Below, one piece after another: positions 39,090-51,899 of a DNA stretch of 64,000 bases; position 1 is the first letter of the stretch; each line of letters starts with the position of its first letter. The DNA lies in NCBI RefSeq assembly GCF_964204645.1, contig NC_134034.1, positions 9,188,962 to 9,252,961 on the forward strand, in the 5' to 3' direction. Below the pieces are notes generated by a model. It worked only from the letters and a program-made list of their open reading frames with translations, was not told where the DNA came from and searched no databases. The translations under genes were made by a program, and so were the position numbers. Source of the stretch: Tubulanus polymorphus. Taxonomy: Eukaryota; Animalia; Nemertea.

Positions 39090-39311
39090 TTATATGGGAG
39101 GAATATATTTTTGTTTTTCCAAATAATCAATAGTTAAATTAGATAAAGTAACTGCTAATGTTAATTTTAAAATATCATTGATATCAAATCTATCAACATT
39201 AACACTTCCCATTTTGAATACTTTTTTTAATACCATTGAATAACCAACAGTTCCAACTGATAATAATGCTCCACTATATAAACCAGTTATTATCCACTTA
39301 TTATCACTCAT
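39090..39311 (-). CDS. PLV small hydrophobic protein (73 aa)
   Basis: TAAATG start; homolog at 60807-61028. Confidence 0.65.
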   Translation of the reverse strand: MSDNKWIITGLYSGALLSVGTVGYSMVLKKVFKMGSVNVDRFDINDILKLTLAVTLSNLTIDYLEKQKYIPPI

Positions 39312-39344
39312 TTATTAATCAAAAAAATTACTATCTTCAAAATA

Positions 39345-39671
39345 TTTAGTTATCTTAGTGATGATTAATTCAACATTTATTTCATTACTACTTTTATGAT
39401 TATCATATATTTCGGTTAATATGTTTTTAATATCATCTATGATAAAATCTTCATCTTATTCATAAAATCTTAAAGATTCTCTAATTAAATTAGTAATCTT
39501 TTCTACATTTAAAGTTTCTTTATATATTGTTGTTTCATACTCAAATGTTGTTTCATTAGAAAATGCAATATTTTTGATATGTGTAATTACATCATTAATG
39601 TTAAATTTCATTTCTTTCTCACGTTTAAAATCAAATCCAAAACATATACTCGGTCCAACAGTTATATTCAT
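39345..39671 (-). pseudogene. PLV hypothetical protein (homolog of 61059-61370), internal stop
   Basis: MNITVGPSICFGFDFK matches the second copy; stop at 39456. Confidence 0.55.
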
Positions 39672-39687
39672 TTATATAGTGAAAAGA

Positions 39688-40446
39688 TTACTCTTTACAT
39701 CTTATAACTAATTCATAAATTACAGGAAAGTTATTCAAATCAATTAAATAACCATTATGATTTTTTATTTCTAATTTAAAATTATTGAAATGTGGAATAC
39801 AAGGTTTAAAATCACATTCAGTTAAATTATAATTTATTTGCGTTCCAAATTGTTTAACATTTTTTAATGGTAAAATATTTAATATACTAGAATTACAAAT
39901 TGTATCTTTAGTTGCTTCAAATGTTTTTGTTGGGTCAATTAAATTGCAATAAATATAAAAATGTGTAAAAGGTATTAAGTTTGATCTACCTTCTGAGTAT
40001 GCTGTAACAATATCTGGGTTAATTCCTAACAGTTTACCTAAAGGTTTTCTTACTGTGAATTTAAATTGTTCGTCATTAGCTAACCTAATCTTTATTTTAT
40101 TAGAACTATCACTTTTTAAAATTGTAATACTAAATCCGGAATCACTTCCTAATTTAGCTCGAGCTTTTCTATTAATTTCTTGTGCTAATGTATCTAAATT
40201 ATATAATCCTGGTTTTAAATATATAAAAAACCATTTATTCCTTTTTTTGTAAAAGATTGAAAAAATTAAATGTTCTAGACTTTTATCCGATATATTGTAA
40301 AATGAGTTACATAAACTTATATTTACTAATTTTAAATCAACACAATTATTTAATTCTCTATCTAATTGAACTATTAAATTATGTGATTTATAATTTGTAA
40401 GTTTTCTAGAATCAACAAATATTCTGTATTCTTTTAATTCTACCAT
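39688..40446 (-). CDS. Minor capsid protein (penton, single jelly-roll)
   Basis: 252 aa; Polinton/PLV mCP pattern IFVDS...NSFYNI...LKPGLYNLDTL...FYIYCNLID...IKNHNGYLIDLNNFPV. Confidence 0.7.
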   Translation of the reverse strand: MVELKEYRIFVDSRKLTNYKSHNLIVQLDRELNNCVDLKLVNISLCNSFYNISDKSLEHLIFSIFYKKRNKWFFIYLKPGLYNLDTLAQEINRKARAKLGSDSGFSITILKSDSSNKIKIRLANDEQFKFTVRKPLGKLLGINPDIVTAYSEGRSNLIPFTHFYIYCNLIDPTKTFEATKDTICNSSILNILPLKNVKQFGTQINYNLTECDFKPCIPHFNNFKLEIKNHNGYLIDLNNFPVIYELVIRCKE

Positions 40447-41285
40447 TATTTATAACATAAAAAAATTACCGCTCATCACTAAAAATAAATTTTAATAAAA
40501 TTTTTCCTTAATAAATGGATGAGAAGATACCATGCGAAATTTTTGGTGAACTTCTAAGAAAAAGTAATATGGCTCGACATATGAAAAAACATGATGAAAA
40601 TTATAAACCCCCTAAACTAAACTGTCCAAAATGTAATAAATTATTCTCAAGAAATTATGTTAAAAAACATTCAGAGAAGTGTAAAATTAATGGCGCAACA
40701 GCTAATGTTGATAGTAACGAAAGTAATAGTAATTCTGTTGAAGTTGAACCTGAAGTTATTTGGAAAAGACCTTTCTTATTCTATGATAAGGATAATATAA
40801 AAGATCATTTCTGTGAGCCTTGTCGAATAAAATATAGCCCTGAAAATATAGAAGATTGGGAGAATCATCAATTTCGTAAAGTACATATACAGAGCTGCCA
40901 ACCTTGATTTCATCTTTGGCTGAACACATGTCCAGATTTATCAGTATTTTCAAAAATTTTCCAGTAGTCCCAAATTTTCAAAACAGAAAACGCTTAAAAA
41001 GTCAGTATTAAGTTATCAAAAGTCTGTATTACAATTAACACATAGAACGTTATTCATAATAGAACAAATTCTATTAAAATATATTAAAATATATTGAAAT
41101 ACTTCAGTAACAGAAATATTATTGATTGTCGAGATCACAATTAACTAAAATTAACAGTCACAGTAGAAAAACACAACAAAACTTTTGTTTGTTGATAAAC
41201 TAAAATAAAACATAACATAACATAGCAGTAACAATAATAATACTAAATTTATGATCAGGCACTAGATAATGCCAGTGTGTTGCGA

Positions 41286-42167
41286 TTAATGATTTTTTAA
41301 TGACAACCTGGTTGTAGATTTGCATTTTCTTAATAAAGTTTCACTATGATTATTCGAATGGCATATCCCACCACGTGACTTCAAAAGCATCAGTGCCTCC
41401 AGAGTATCTGGAGCAAGGCAAGAACGAAAATCTGTCTTATTTTTACGGACGGTACTGAACACGCGTTCACAGCAGGCATTGGCCACTGGTATCAGAAGAA
41501 TTATCATCATGAGTCTGGGAAGCACATTAAATCTAAAAAAGATGACAGACAAGATGCTCATTGATAAGAATCTAATATATATGACATAAAGTGTTACACT
41601 AGACATGAATGAGCCTATGTACCTTTGAGATCCAGTACAATCAATAAGCTGTGCCATCAGTTTCCACTGTTCTTCGGCTGGTCTATGAACAGGACCAGAG
41701 CTATAATCTTTAGCTATTTGACTGTCAGGAAACATTTTGCGAGCCAATTCCCCGACATGGTCAGCTGCACTAATAGGAATATTGTGCTCGACTAAGAACT
41801 CACAGAACATCGTTTCAGCACGAATAACAGATAGGTCTTCTTTTTTCACGAAAAATGATGTTATATTCTTAGATTTATTCAAAACTTTGGCAGCTTCCGA
41901 ATGTTTACTTGTGGCCATGTGTCTATGGATATCGTCGACGCCACCGTAGGCTACCGTAAAATCGCTTTTACAGTAGGCGCAGAAGGCATGATGTTTGGAC
42001 TTACTACTCTTTTCAATACACGGATATTTCATTGAATATTCCTCCCGAAACTTTTGCATTCTACGCTTTTTCTTTGCAGGGCAAGCCGCTTTAGTATTCA
42101 GCTCCGAAACATCAGAATCAGACGATTCTGAATCAGATCCTACCGAAATCAAAAGGCCGGTCGCCAT
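41286..42167 (-). pseudogene. hAT transposase deletion derivative (BED-like finger fused in frame to the dimerisation domain)
   Basis: AFCAYCKSDF...DIHRH...KH; FLVEHNIP; catalytic core missing; LLIPVANACCERVFS..KNKTDFRSCL. Confidence 0.8.
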
Positions 42168-42185
42168 TTTGTCAACAAACTTCTG

Positions 42186-42241
42186 ACACCGTACTAGTGC
42201 GCCATCTTCACTTCAATGAAGGTGGCGCACTAGTACGGTGT
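42186..42241. other. 25-bp-stem hairpin just upstream of the hAT transposase ATG
   Basis: ACACCGTACTAGTGCGCCATCTTCA-CTTCAA-TGAAGGTGGCGCACTAGTACGGTGT, one mismatch. Confidence 0.85.
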
Positions 42242-42280
42242 AAGAGAAATTAGATAAGGACCGGCGGGGTCCTCGGGGAT

Positions 42281-42980
42281 GGGTCTGACTATTTCAGATG
42301 GCTGGGAGTCACCTTCATTTCGGTCAACGAATTATACATTTAGACTTCACCTACGATGTAACGTAGCACAATACACTGGGTTCGAATCCCGTAAATCGTT
42401 CCAGGAACTCGGTCCCTCAGCGCAATTCGTTCAAACAAAATTCCCATTTTTTGTCTGAATGAAATTCAATTTAATGACCAATAGAAACTTATTTCCAATC
42501 AGGAGATCTGCTAACCAAAAGGAAATTCCTTAAAAAGTCCTCGTAAATTACATTCAACTTGAACAAAAATATAAACTAAAACCATATATATGTACCATAC
42601 AAACTTTTTTATTTCACAAATTTCTAAATTTGAATAAACACCACATTGTTCTGATATAAATCAAATTACACAATTTTAAAATTTGAATATACATGTACAT
42701 AGTTCTGATTGACTTGGAAATTTGAAAATTGGATTACAACACGGCCTTACAGCATTTTAATAGTGCATACGGTTCAGATGATGTTAGGTGACATTGAGTA
42801 CAATATGGTGAATATTACAAGTCGTTGATATACAAATATGGTGATTGACAAACATTTCTCTACAACGATCGGGTTACTAAGATATAAAAAATTATTATGT
42901 GTAAAAAGTTAAAAAGCAAACCAAAATGGCCAAAGTGTGCAGAAACCTGTTGCCGAAGTGTGCAGAAAATAAATGTTATC

Positions 42981-43040
<60 letters not shown>

Positions 43041-44052
43041 GGTATATATATGCCAATGAGTCAACACATTTACAATGGACAAAAATTTTCCACAACTTTA
43101 AATGTTCCTATATTAAAATAATTAGCATATTTTTTATGTAACTAATCGACACCACATTTGTGCTGTGTAATGATCCCAATAACCATTATCAAAAATACAT
43201 CATATACATGTTATATGGAGTATTAGACAAAAACATTAAGTCAAAAAGCAGTAAGTGAAAGAGAAAAAAGCATGTTGCACCCCCCAACAAAAATATGTTT
43301 TGGTATTAAGTCCATTCAAGTCAAGCATTTATAGAATTAAAAATATAACCAGAAAATTATAGTTTAAGTAGGCTAGGCCAAGCAAAACTGGCAGCTTGTC
43401 AAAGCGGCATCATAGGGGGGGGGGGGGGGCGATGAAGCATCTGCCCCCCATAATTTTGGGTACGACCTAATTTTTTGTAATGATCACCATTAGGCTATAT
43501 ATTGTGATTTCGCTGAAATTAAATGAAGTGGTTTGCCCCAATAATACCCGTAATTCCGGTGACGCGCGCCTGCATGTATTAGCCTATAGACATACGATCA
43601 TATCGAAAAACAGTACAGGAAGGCTTATTCGTACTGGTGCATATATGCTGTTTGCGAGGCCATATGTCAACACGACAAGTGTTTTCTTAACACAACACTC
43701 ATCAGCTTATAAGTTATTATACTGTACTATAGGCCTAGATAGATAGAACAGAAAACAATTAACAAGACTAGAGTCAGAGAGACATTAAAATTACGGTAAA
43801 AGATAAACATACCACCACAATATTCAGAGAAATTTTCCTTCCACCAGACGCACCACTTAGTTCTTGACTTCAATTCGTGTTCATTGATGAGTGATGACAC
43901 CGCCATAAAATCATGACAATCATGACGACAATAAGACGGATCGGAAGATGAAGTTGAATCGTCCGCCATTTTAGGTACGTAGGTAAAGTCTAAATGTATA
44001 ATTTGCAGACCGAAATGAAGGTGACTCCCAGCCATCTGAAATAGTCAGACCC
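42281..44052. mobile_element. Non-autonomous Mutator-like (MULE) element
   Basis: 45-bp perfect TIR GGGTCTGACTATTTCAGATGGCTGGGAGTC... extending imperfectly to ~75 bp; 9-bp TSD CTCGGGGAT. Confidence 0.88.
42983..43038. repeat. (TA)n microsatellite
   Basis: About 28 TA units. Confidence 0.98.
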
Positions 44053-45260
44053 CTCGGGGATGAACAAATGAAGATCGTCGATCATCGGGCCAAACTCCAC
44101 CCTCAACTTACAAGTTTGATTGAGAGAAAATGAGGAAAAACGAAGTAAATTGCTTTAAAAAGACATTTTGTCAATCCGTAATATATCAATTTTTTCCGTA
44201 CTCTCTGGTGAAAATATCCGTAATGATTTTTCAAAAAACGGAACCCCGTATTTTGTCACGATTTTCCGGAACTGTTACGGAAAAATCAGAACGGTTGGCA
44301 GCTCTGCATATAGATAAAATTTCTAATTAATTTGAAACTGAATTCAATGAAAGAAAAAATAGTTTATTAGAAAAAATAAAATATGAGAAAACGTTACCAG
44401 ATAATAAAGAAACAGTTGAAAAGTTAGAAAAACAATATAATGAATTAACAAGAAAAACATATTATTGTAAATATTGTAAATTGATTATTACAACAAGTAA
44501 TTCAAATCTACATAATAGAACAATAAAACATAAAGAAAACGTAAGAAAATACCAGGAGCTTAATGAAGATTTATTACCAATAAATTATAAACGAAAATGT
44601 CCACAATGTAGTTATGCGACCTTAAGGCAAGAAGGTACTGTGTTATTTTGTAATGAATGTGGATGGCAAAAGAATTTATGGGGTGAAGAAAAAACGAGAT
44701 TTTCTCATAGAACCAAAATTAAATAATCTTGATGAAATTTTTAAAATATTTTCTATAGAAGATCATACACCAGAATATAAGCAATGGCTTGAAAAAATGA
44801 AAATAATAGAAAATGAAAATGGTGAAATAACTAAAAAAGATATTATAAAAACAATTATTCCATCAACATTTAACACAAAACAAAAGAAAATGTATTTATA
44901 TTTATTATTTAACGATTATTATGAAAAACCGAAATTAACAGAAGAAGATATGGAAAAGATAAAAAAAATATTCAAACAAATATTAATGTATCATTTGGAA
45001 AATAGAATAACAGATTCAATTAATTATGAATTCTTTTTAAATAAGATTGTAAATTATTTAAACATAGATATTATAATTCCATTTGACGAATTAACAAACA
45101 AAAAGAAACAAAGAGAGCGAGATGAAATGTGGTACAAGATAGAACTATATTTAAATGAGAAAAATGAAATGGAAGAACCTAAACAAATTATACAAGAACA
45201 ATTAAATGAAAATGAAGAAGCCAATAGTGATTTCGAGTATGATGATATTGATTTTATGTT

Positions 45261-48200
45261 TTAATGGCCATAAGGTAATGTTTTTATACCATCATCTAAA
45301 ATATGCCTTTTATCATCAAATGGATTTAAACTAGTTTTTTCAACTTCATTAATGTACATCTCGTGATCTTCTGATCTTAAACAATTCATTTTATGTTTCA
45401 TTACAATTGATTTATATAAACACTTGAAATTCTATATGTTTATCAACCACATGTTTTGTTATTCCTTTTAACTTTTTAGCTTCATGATCTTTTGTTCTAT
45501 AACTATACATTTTACTTCTTATCCCAACAAATTCAATCATTTCATCACCCCCTAATTCATCTTTAAATTAACCAGGAATGTTTTTATTATCATTGCTAAA
45601 TAGTTCATGATCTTTGGGATAATTGCTAAAATCAAAATGATGTTTTAAAGTTTTTAAGTCTTTTGTTAATTGGAATTAATGGGAACCCAGAATTGAATGT
45701 TCCATCATCTGTTGATAAATCATAAACATAGTCAGTTGGGTTATATATTTCAAATAAATCTTTAACTTCTTCTGTTAACTCATTTTCTACATGGCTTAAA
45801 TTAAAGCAATTTGGTTTAGATTTAATCAATCCAATATTCATATTAATCCTAATGAACTGCATAATATATTCAATCCTGATATAGCAACTTTTCCTTTTTG
45901 AGCTAAAGATATTGTTTTGCGGTTTTTGAAACTTTTTGAACCATCTGCAGCATAGAATCCAATGAAGAACCATTTTCTTAAATTATTTTTTGCATTTAAT
46001 ACATAATCTGGAACTATCTTTTCTTTTGTTGAAGTATTACTTTTAACTATTGCATGAATATAGAATTCATCATTATATTTTATAGCAAAATCTTTAGGAT
46101 TATTTACAAGTATTCTATAAACTGCTGTTGATTTCATAACATCCATGATTTTAAATGTTTTATTTGGATAAACTTCTTCACAGAATTTCTTAATTCTTTC
46201 TAATAATTTTAAGTCTTGATTGCATAAATACCAACAATATTGAGTGCGATTAACATAATTATACACACCTGCTGAACCATCACCCATGAAAAATCCTTTG
46301 ATAAAATATTCTTTTTCTTCTAATGTTTCGGGTTCTATATTATAAATATTATCAATAATTTCATCGAATGACATATGATTCATTCTTTGGAAAAATCTTT
46401 TATGTAATAATTCATCTCCAATTTCTATATCAGTTGGTTTTATTTCATCGCCATTTCGTTTAATTAAACTATGATCTTCTGTAACATCTACAAATCCAAA
46501 TTTAGTTCTTACTCTATAGATTTTCTTATTTGTTTTATGTCTAATAATATTCTTTAATTTTTTCCATCCATTTCTTGTCCAAACATCCATTAAACCATTT
46601 ATTTGTATTAATTCTTTTTCACCATATGAAATATAACATTCATTTTGTTTTGGATTTATTTCTGAAATTCTTCTTATCAATATTTTATCATTACATTTTT
46701 ATAATATTGGGGTGTCAGCTGTTACAGAATCAAAATATAATATTTCAATATGCTTTTCCCCAAAAAGTGGTTGTAAAACATTATAATAAAAATCATACAT
46801 TAATAATTTTGATACTTCTAAAACAGTTGAACCAATGAATATAGGTTTATCAAATTTCATTGACGTTCTTTTTAATTTAACTGCTGTTAAATAATCTTCA
46901 AATCTTTTATTTCCTAAATGTCTAGGACTTGATTGTAAATGTCTTAATCTTTCAGAATTATTTACTAATTCAATATCATTTCTATTTCTAATATTTTCAC
47001 ATGTTTTACCATGAAAACTATTGTTCATTAATTTGAAGAAATCTTTTTCAAAATCTGTTTTTGATATGGTTCTCTGTTGAGTATTGAAATCTTTTCTTTA
47101 ATTTCATTCCTTGTTTTAGATAAAATTTTAACATTCTATAATGAACAATATAATTGTATTTATTATTTTGAGTAAGTATTAATTTTTCTGTAAAAACATG
47201 ATCTTTCGGTTTTATTTTCTTCTGGTATTCACTTAAATAACTATCATCTACAGTTAAATGTTCTGGGCAATAAGGTAAGTTTCTTGTTTTAAACTTTATA
47301 TTTTCAGGATATTCTAAATCAACTACAAAGAAATAACCAATTGGTGCTTCATCTTCTAAACTCATAATTGCGCTTTCCCAATCAGTTTTATCACCATTTT
47401 CAACTTCTGTTAATATAAAATTTTTATATGGTTGAGGTTGCATCATTGCCCAACCATATAAATTATTGGCGTCAATATATAATAATTTATATTCATCATT
47501 TGCTTTAAAATATCTCCCATAACACCACTAATTCCACCTCTAATTGATTTTTCAAATAATAAAACCATATCTGGTTCTTTTAATAAATCTAATTCTACAT
47601 TTGTATATTTTAAACCACATTGCCAGGTTAAACCAGGACTAGAGTAGCATTAACAAGGATCAACATTAAAATGATTCAAATTAACTTCTCTAAATTTTTC
47701 AAATATGTCAGCCAATATCATAACATCTGATTTTAAATATAAATCAACTAATTCACCATGATTTTTCATCTTAAAATGGTTCCAAATATTTAATGTTCTA
47801 TTAAACACTTCGTCTTTCACATACTCCTCTTTTAATTGATCATAAAATTGATCTTTTAATAATTCTGTTACATTAAAATCATTGTGTGTTTTATAAAATG
47901 AATAAGGAATTGCGCCTTTATATCTCAATAATTTAAAATCTTGTTCATTTGGATAATAATATCGAGTTATAACAAAATCATTATCAACTAAACTTTTTGA
48001 TAAATTATCTAATGAACTTGCTAGAAATCTATAAGAATCTAAAAATCTAATGCAACCAAATTGAAATGAAATATAATTTTCAGATTTTTTAGCTAATAGT
48101 TTAAAATCATATTTTCTTACATTTACACCACTCATAGCATTATATTCTTCTATTTCTTGATAAATTGCGCCCAATTTCTTTGATAATTGTTTTATAAATA

Positions 48201-50223
48201 GATGGGTATCATAGCCTGATAAATTATGAAATAATATTGGTACGAAATTAACTTTCTTAGCTTGTAAATTGCAATCTTCATGAGCAGCTCCACGATATTT
48301 TGAATTTAAATGATCATGATCTCTAACTTCTTTATCAAATGAATAAAAACGTTTTTCACAATAACAACAATGAGTTGCATAATTAAAATCAATTTCATCT
48401 TCTTTTGTCATAACTATTCTTTTATTTTTGTTTAATAATTTTGCAAAATCACTTTCTAATTCAATCATTTTGTCACAAAAATCATTAACTACATCTTCAC
48501 CTCTAAAAGAAATATATTGACTTTCATATAATTCGGGATAATTTGATTTGATGTAAATTCCATAAGCAGCAGCTCTTTGATGAACTTTTTTAATTGTATT
48601 TATAATTGGCGGGTCTTGTGTTGTGTCTTCATTTAATTCATTTCCTTTATCGATTGATTTTAATAATTGCTTTTTGTTATATATTGCTTTTCTATCTTGA
48701 TCAGTTAATTCTTTATTCAACGATTCAAAGTCCCCATAAATTACAAATGGAACTATATTCTTAAATTTATGATTAGTAAATTTCAATTTATAATCTTTTT
48801 CTGTTGGCATTATTAATTTACAAAAATCTTTATTATCACATAATTCTTTTTGTTTTTATAATGTATTCTCAGTCATAAATTTAGATAAACATTTTCTACA
48901 TAGATAAATTTTATTATGGTGATCACTTTCTGTTCTAAAGAATAAATCAATTTGTTTTAACCACATATAATGTTCATTTTCATCTTTTTTGTAATATAAC
49001 AAATCTATAGCATTTTCATCATCATAATATTCTGTTAAATATAAAGCTTCCAATCTATAATCTTTAATATTTTCACCTTTTGTCTTTGGTAATTGCATTA
49101 ATTCAAATACATTTATTTTTAAATTATTAACTTTTTCTATTTTAGGAATCATTTTTATAGTTACTGGATATTGATCAATTTTATATAATGTTTCATATTT
49201 CCGGTAATTTGTTATTCTAAAACTATGCGTCATATCTTCTGTTGAGTGTAAACAACTAATAATTGACCATAGAAAACATTTATTATCTTCATTTTGAACA
49301 TTTATTACTGCTTTTGTTGTAAATGGTAATTTAATATAAGATGATGCTTTAATATCCTTTTCTGTTGTAAAGTTTGAATCATTTTTAAACATGTTATTAC
49401 TTTTTGGTGTTTTATTCCTTTTTGTATTGTAAACATTTAAATCTAAATATATAATTTCATTCAATGTTAAGCCAGAACCCTCAAAATATCTTTCTTCAAT
49501 ATGACGTTTAAATTCATTAAATATTTTTTCTAACTTCTCTTTTATTTGTGTTTTTGAAATTATTTCTTCAGAGTGTGTTTGAATATTATAATTCATTTTT
49601 TCTTCTGACTTTATAAAACTTACTTTCCCAGAGATACTAATTTTTGGATATTCAACATCTGTTATCAAATCTAGTATTTTTTCTATTATTTCATTAAATT
49701 TACTATAATCTTCTATTGTTGTTCCTTTAAAAAATCTAAATATAATAGCTGCAGGACCAATTTTACTATGTAATGTTTCTAAAATTTCAATTGTATCTTT
49801 TATTTCTAGTGAATCAATATAATTTCTAACATTTTCCATGTAAGGTTTATTTGAAATGGATTTAGTTTTTGAAGTTGGTTTTTTTACTTGTTGAGGTTTA
49901 TCATCAAAATAATCTTTTCCTAAAACATTATTACTCAAATTTTGGCAGTGTTTTTGTGATTCGAGATGTCTATTATAATTCCTTTTTACTATAAATTCAT
50001 TACAAACTTCACATTTTATTTCATCCACATTCATATTTTCTAATCTTTCTTTTCTTTCATTGGAATTTTCTGGAGTTTCAAAATCTATTACATTTTTTAT
50101 ATGATTTGCAGTTTTTTCATGTCGTGATTTTTGGGATTTATCGATGTATTTTTTACAATATTAGCAATAATATTGATTTTTATTAACATTATTGTTTTCT
50201 GGCTGGTGTTCATTCTCCCCCAT
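45261..50223 (-). pseudogene. polB: Protein-primed family B DNA polymerase of Polinton type with N-terminal C2H2 fingers, EndoVII-like HNH insert and an intein
   Basis: NVQNEDNKCFLWS; Exo motifs IYGDFES, FHNLSGYD, YLKSDV; VRDHDH..YRGAAHEDCN; motif A YIDANNLYGWAM; motif B KLMNNSFHGKT; motif C YFD| split by the intein; C-terminus PFDDKR..TLPYGH. Several stops and frameshifts. Confidence 0.92.
45674..46728 (-). mobile_element. LAGLIDADG homing-endonuclease intein in pPolB motif C (pol-c-type site)
   Basis: Block A SVTADTPIL directly after YFD; block B VDVTEDHSLI; blocks C and E FIKGFFMGDGS, FFIGFYAADGS; block F YVYDLSTDDGTF. The terminal Asn and extein TDS are missing in this copy, apparently by a short deletion. 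Confidence 0.88.
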
Positions 50224-50238
50224 TTATTAGGAAAAAAA

Positions 50239-51590
50239 TTACTTGTGGTGATGAGTGGTGCCTCGACCGCTCGACCTCTGGTATGAAAGCCTACTTTCCC
50301 AATTACTCAAGTGCAGAAGGTAGCAGACACAACCTGCCAGGAAAACGTCTTTATGCTGGTCTCTGACATATTTTATCACACCCCTATACTTTCCGACCAT
50401 GGTGTTAGTGTTATCACAGACTAATGCGGTGCACTTTTTCCAATCGATATTGTGTTTTGATAATTCACGCTGGAGAATTCCAAATATACTCTCTCCTGTA
50501 TGAGAATCATTAAAAACAGGGTTAGCTAAGAGATCTGATTGAATTTCTCCCTGAGAGTCGAGATACCGCACGACAATGGGATAAAATGTCTCATTATTGA
50601 GGGTCGATCCATCTGTAGCAATGACAAAAGGTCCATCAAGATTTTTCACGATGTCAGATTTAACTTCGCTAGCCATAACTTTCATTATCGCGGTTGCCTT
50701 TGTTCTCCCACATTTAAAATCATCAACCACAGATTTTGATGAGAACATTTTTTTGAACAGTTTAGCAGCATGATCAGCAGTGCTGAATGATAGATTATGC
50801 TCAACCAGGAAGTGAACAAACAGAACTTCAGATTTTATAACAGATAGGCCAGGGTTTGTTGTGTTATCAGTTCTAAAAAAATGTGAAATTTCAGAGAGTT
50901 TCGCTTTATCCTTATGTCCTTTTCTTTCACAATGACGTGAAATATCATTTAATCTGCCATGTGAGATCCCTATATCGATTTGACATATCGTACATCTTGT
51001 ATTTACTTAATTTCGATGCTATGAAACATGGATATTGTGCGCTGTACGATTTTTTATACTTCTGTTTCCGATATTTCTTAATCATACGTTTTCTACTGCC
51101 TGTTACCGCAGTATCAGTTTCAAATTCCGACTCCGAAGAAGACGGAGAACCCTCCGAATTTTCCAGATTTGACAAAACGTCGTGAACTTCGTCCGCCATT
51201 TGCAACATTCATGACAATTTGAGCGATGAAAATTACTCGTTGTAACCGAAAATTCGCTAGACTGGTTCCCGGTATTACTCGTTGTAACCGAAAATTCGCT
51301 AGACTGGTTCCCGGCTGTATTGAAACTTCGTGACAATTACTCAAATAAAAACCAAATTTCCCCGTAATAAATGTTAATAAACCATTAAAATACCGATTAT
51401 GTACTGCAAAATTACCTTTATTGACATAATATAAGGAGATTTTTATTGAGGCCGTATTTATTTGCTCATTCGCGTAACATCGGAACGATATCGGAAAAAA
51501 GCGTATTCCATTGCCTGTGCCAGTAACGCCGTATTACCGCGGATAGCACCGGTACGGAATACGGCAAAAACGTTACGGTTGGCAGGTGTG
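50239..51590 (-). mobile_element. 5' part of a hAT transposon (same TIR class as 40890-44306)
   Basis: End CACACCTGCCAACC at 51590 (minus); FLVEHNLSF, KCGRTKATAI, IATDGS, CDNTNTMVG, GCVCYLLHL; 42-bp tandem duplication at ~51232-51314. Confidence 0.8.
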
Positions 51591-51899
51591 TGCAAGGGTA
51601 AATTAATTCAGCATTAGCAAAATCAAAATTGTGTGAAGTCTGAAAAACATGACATGCCTTTAGTTTCCTTAGTTTGTAACAGCTTTTATGTTATATATTA
51701 TCCCTAATTTGTATCACATCTTATTATTATTGAATCACAGTTTATATTTGAATTATCAAGAACTTAAATTTACTAAATTACCAAGTTAGTAATTAGTTAG
51801 TCCAACCAGTACATTTTTATCGGTATAAATGTACTACAGCATTCATGATGGTGCAGATTTGTCTTCATTTACAATGCTTACTAGTATTTACAAATAGTA

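Larger units (their letters stand above)
40890..44306 (-). mobile_element. Internally deleted hAT transposon with 6-bp TSD
   Basis: TIR CAGAGCTGCCAACC at both ends; CATATA duplicated at 40884-40889 and 44307-44312. Confidence 0.9.
40515..45264 (+). pseudogene. C2H2 zinc fingers plus poxvirus VLTF3 (A2)-like late transcription factor, split by a hAT insertion
   Basis: Removing 40890-44312 restores the frame (RKVHIDKISN); Zn ribbon CPQC-x13-CNECG; C-terminus SINYEFFLNKIVNYL...KKQRERDEMWYKI; one stop (44328) and one frameshift (~44690). Confidence 0.65.
37790..50240 (-). mobile_element. Endogenous Polinton-like virus / Maverick-related element, segment A
   Basis: Very AT-rich, intronless, tightly packed genes: pPolB, VLTF3-like, minor capsid, small membrane proteins; TAAATG starts; no termini seen. 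Confidence 0.85.

Noticed and set aside
42897-43141. ORFs with IYIYIY repeats
   Set aside because: Translation of a (TA)n microsatellite.
45261-50223. Stop-codon readthrough or alternative genetic code in the viral genes
   Set aside because: Stops co-occur with frameshifts and deletions and differ between the duplicated copies, which fits neutral decay.
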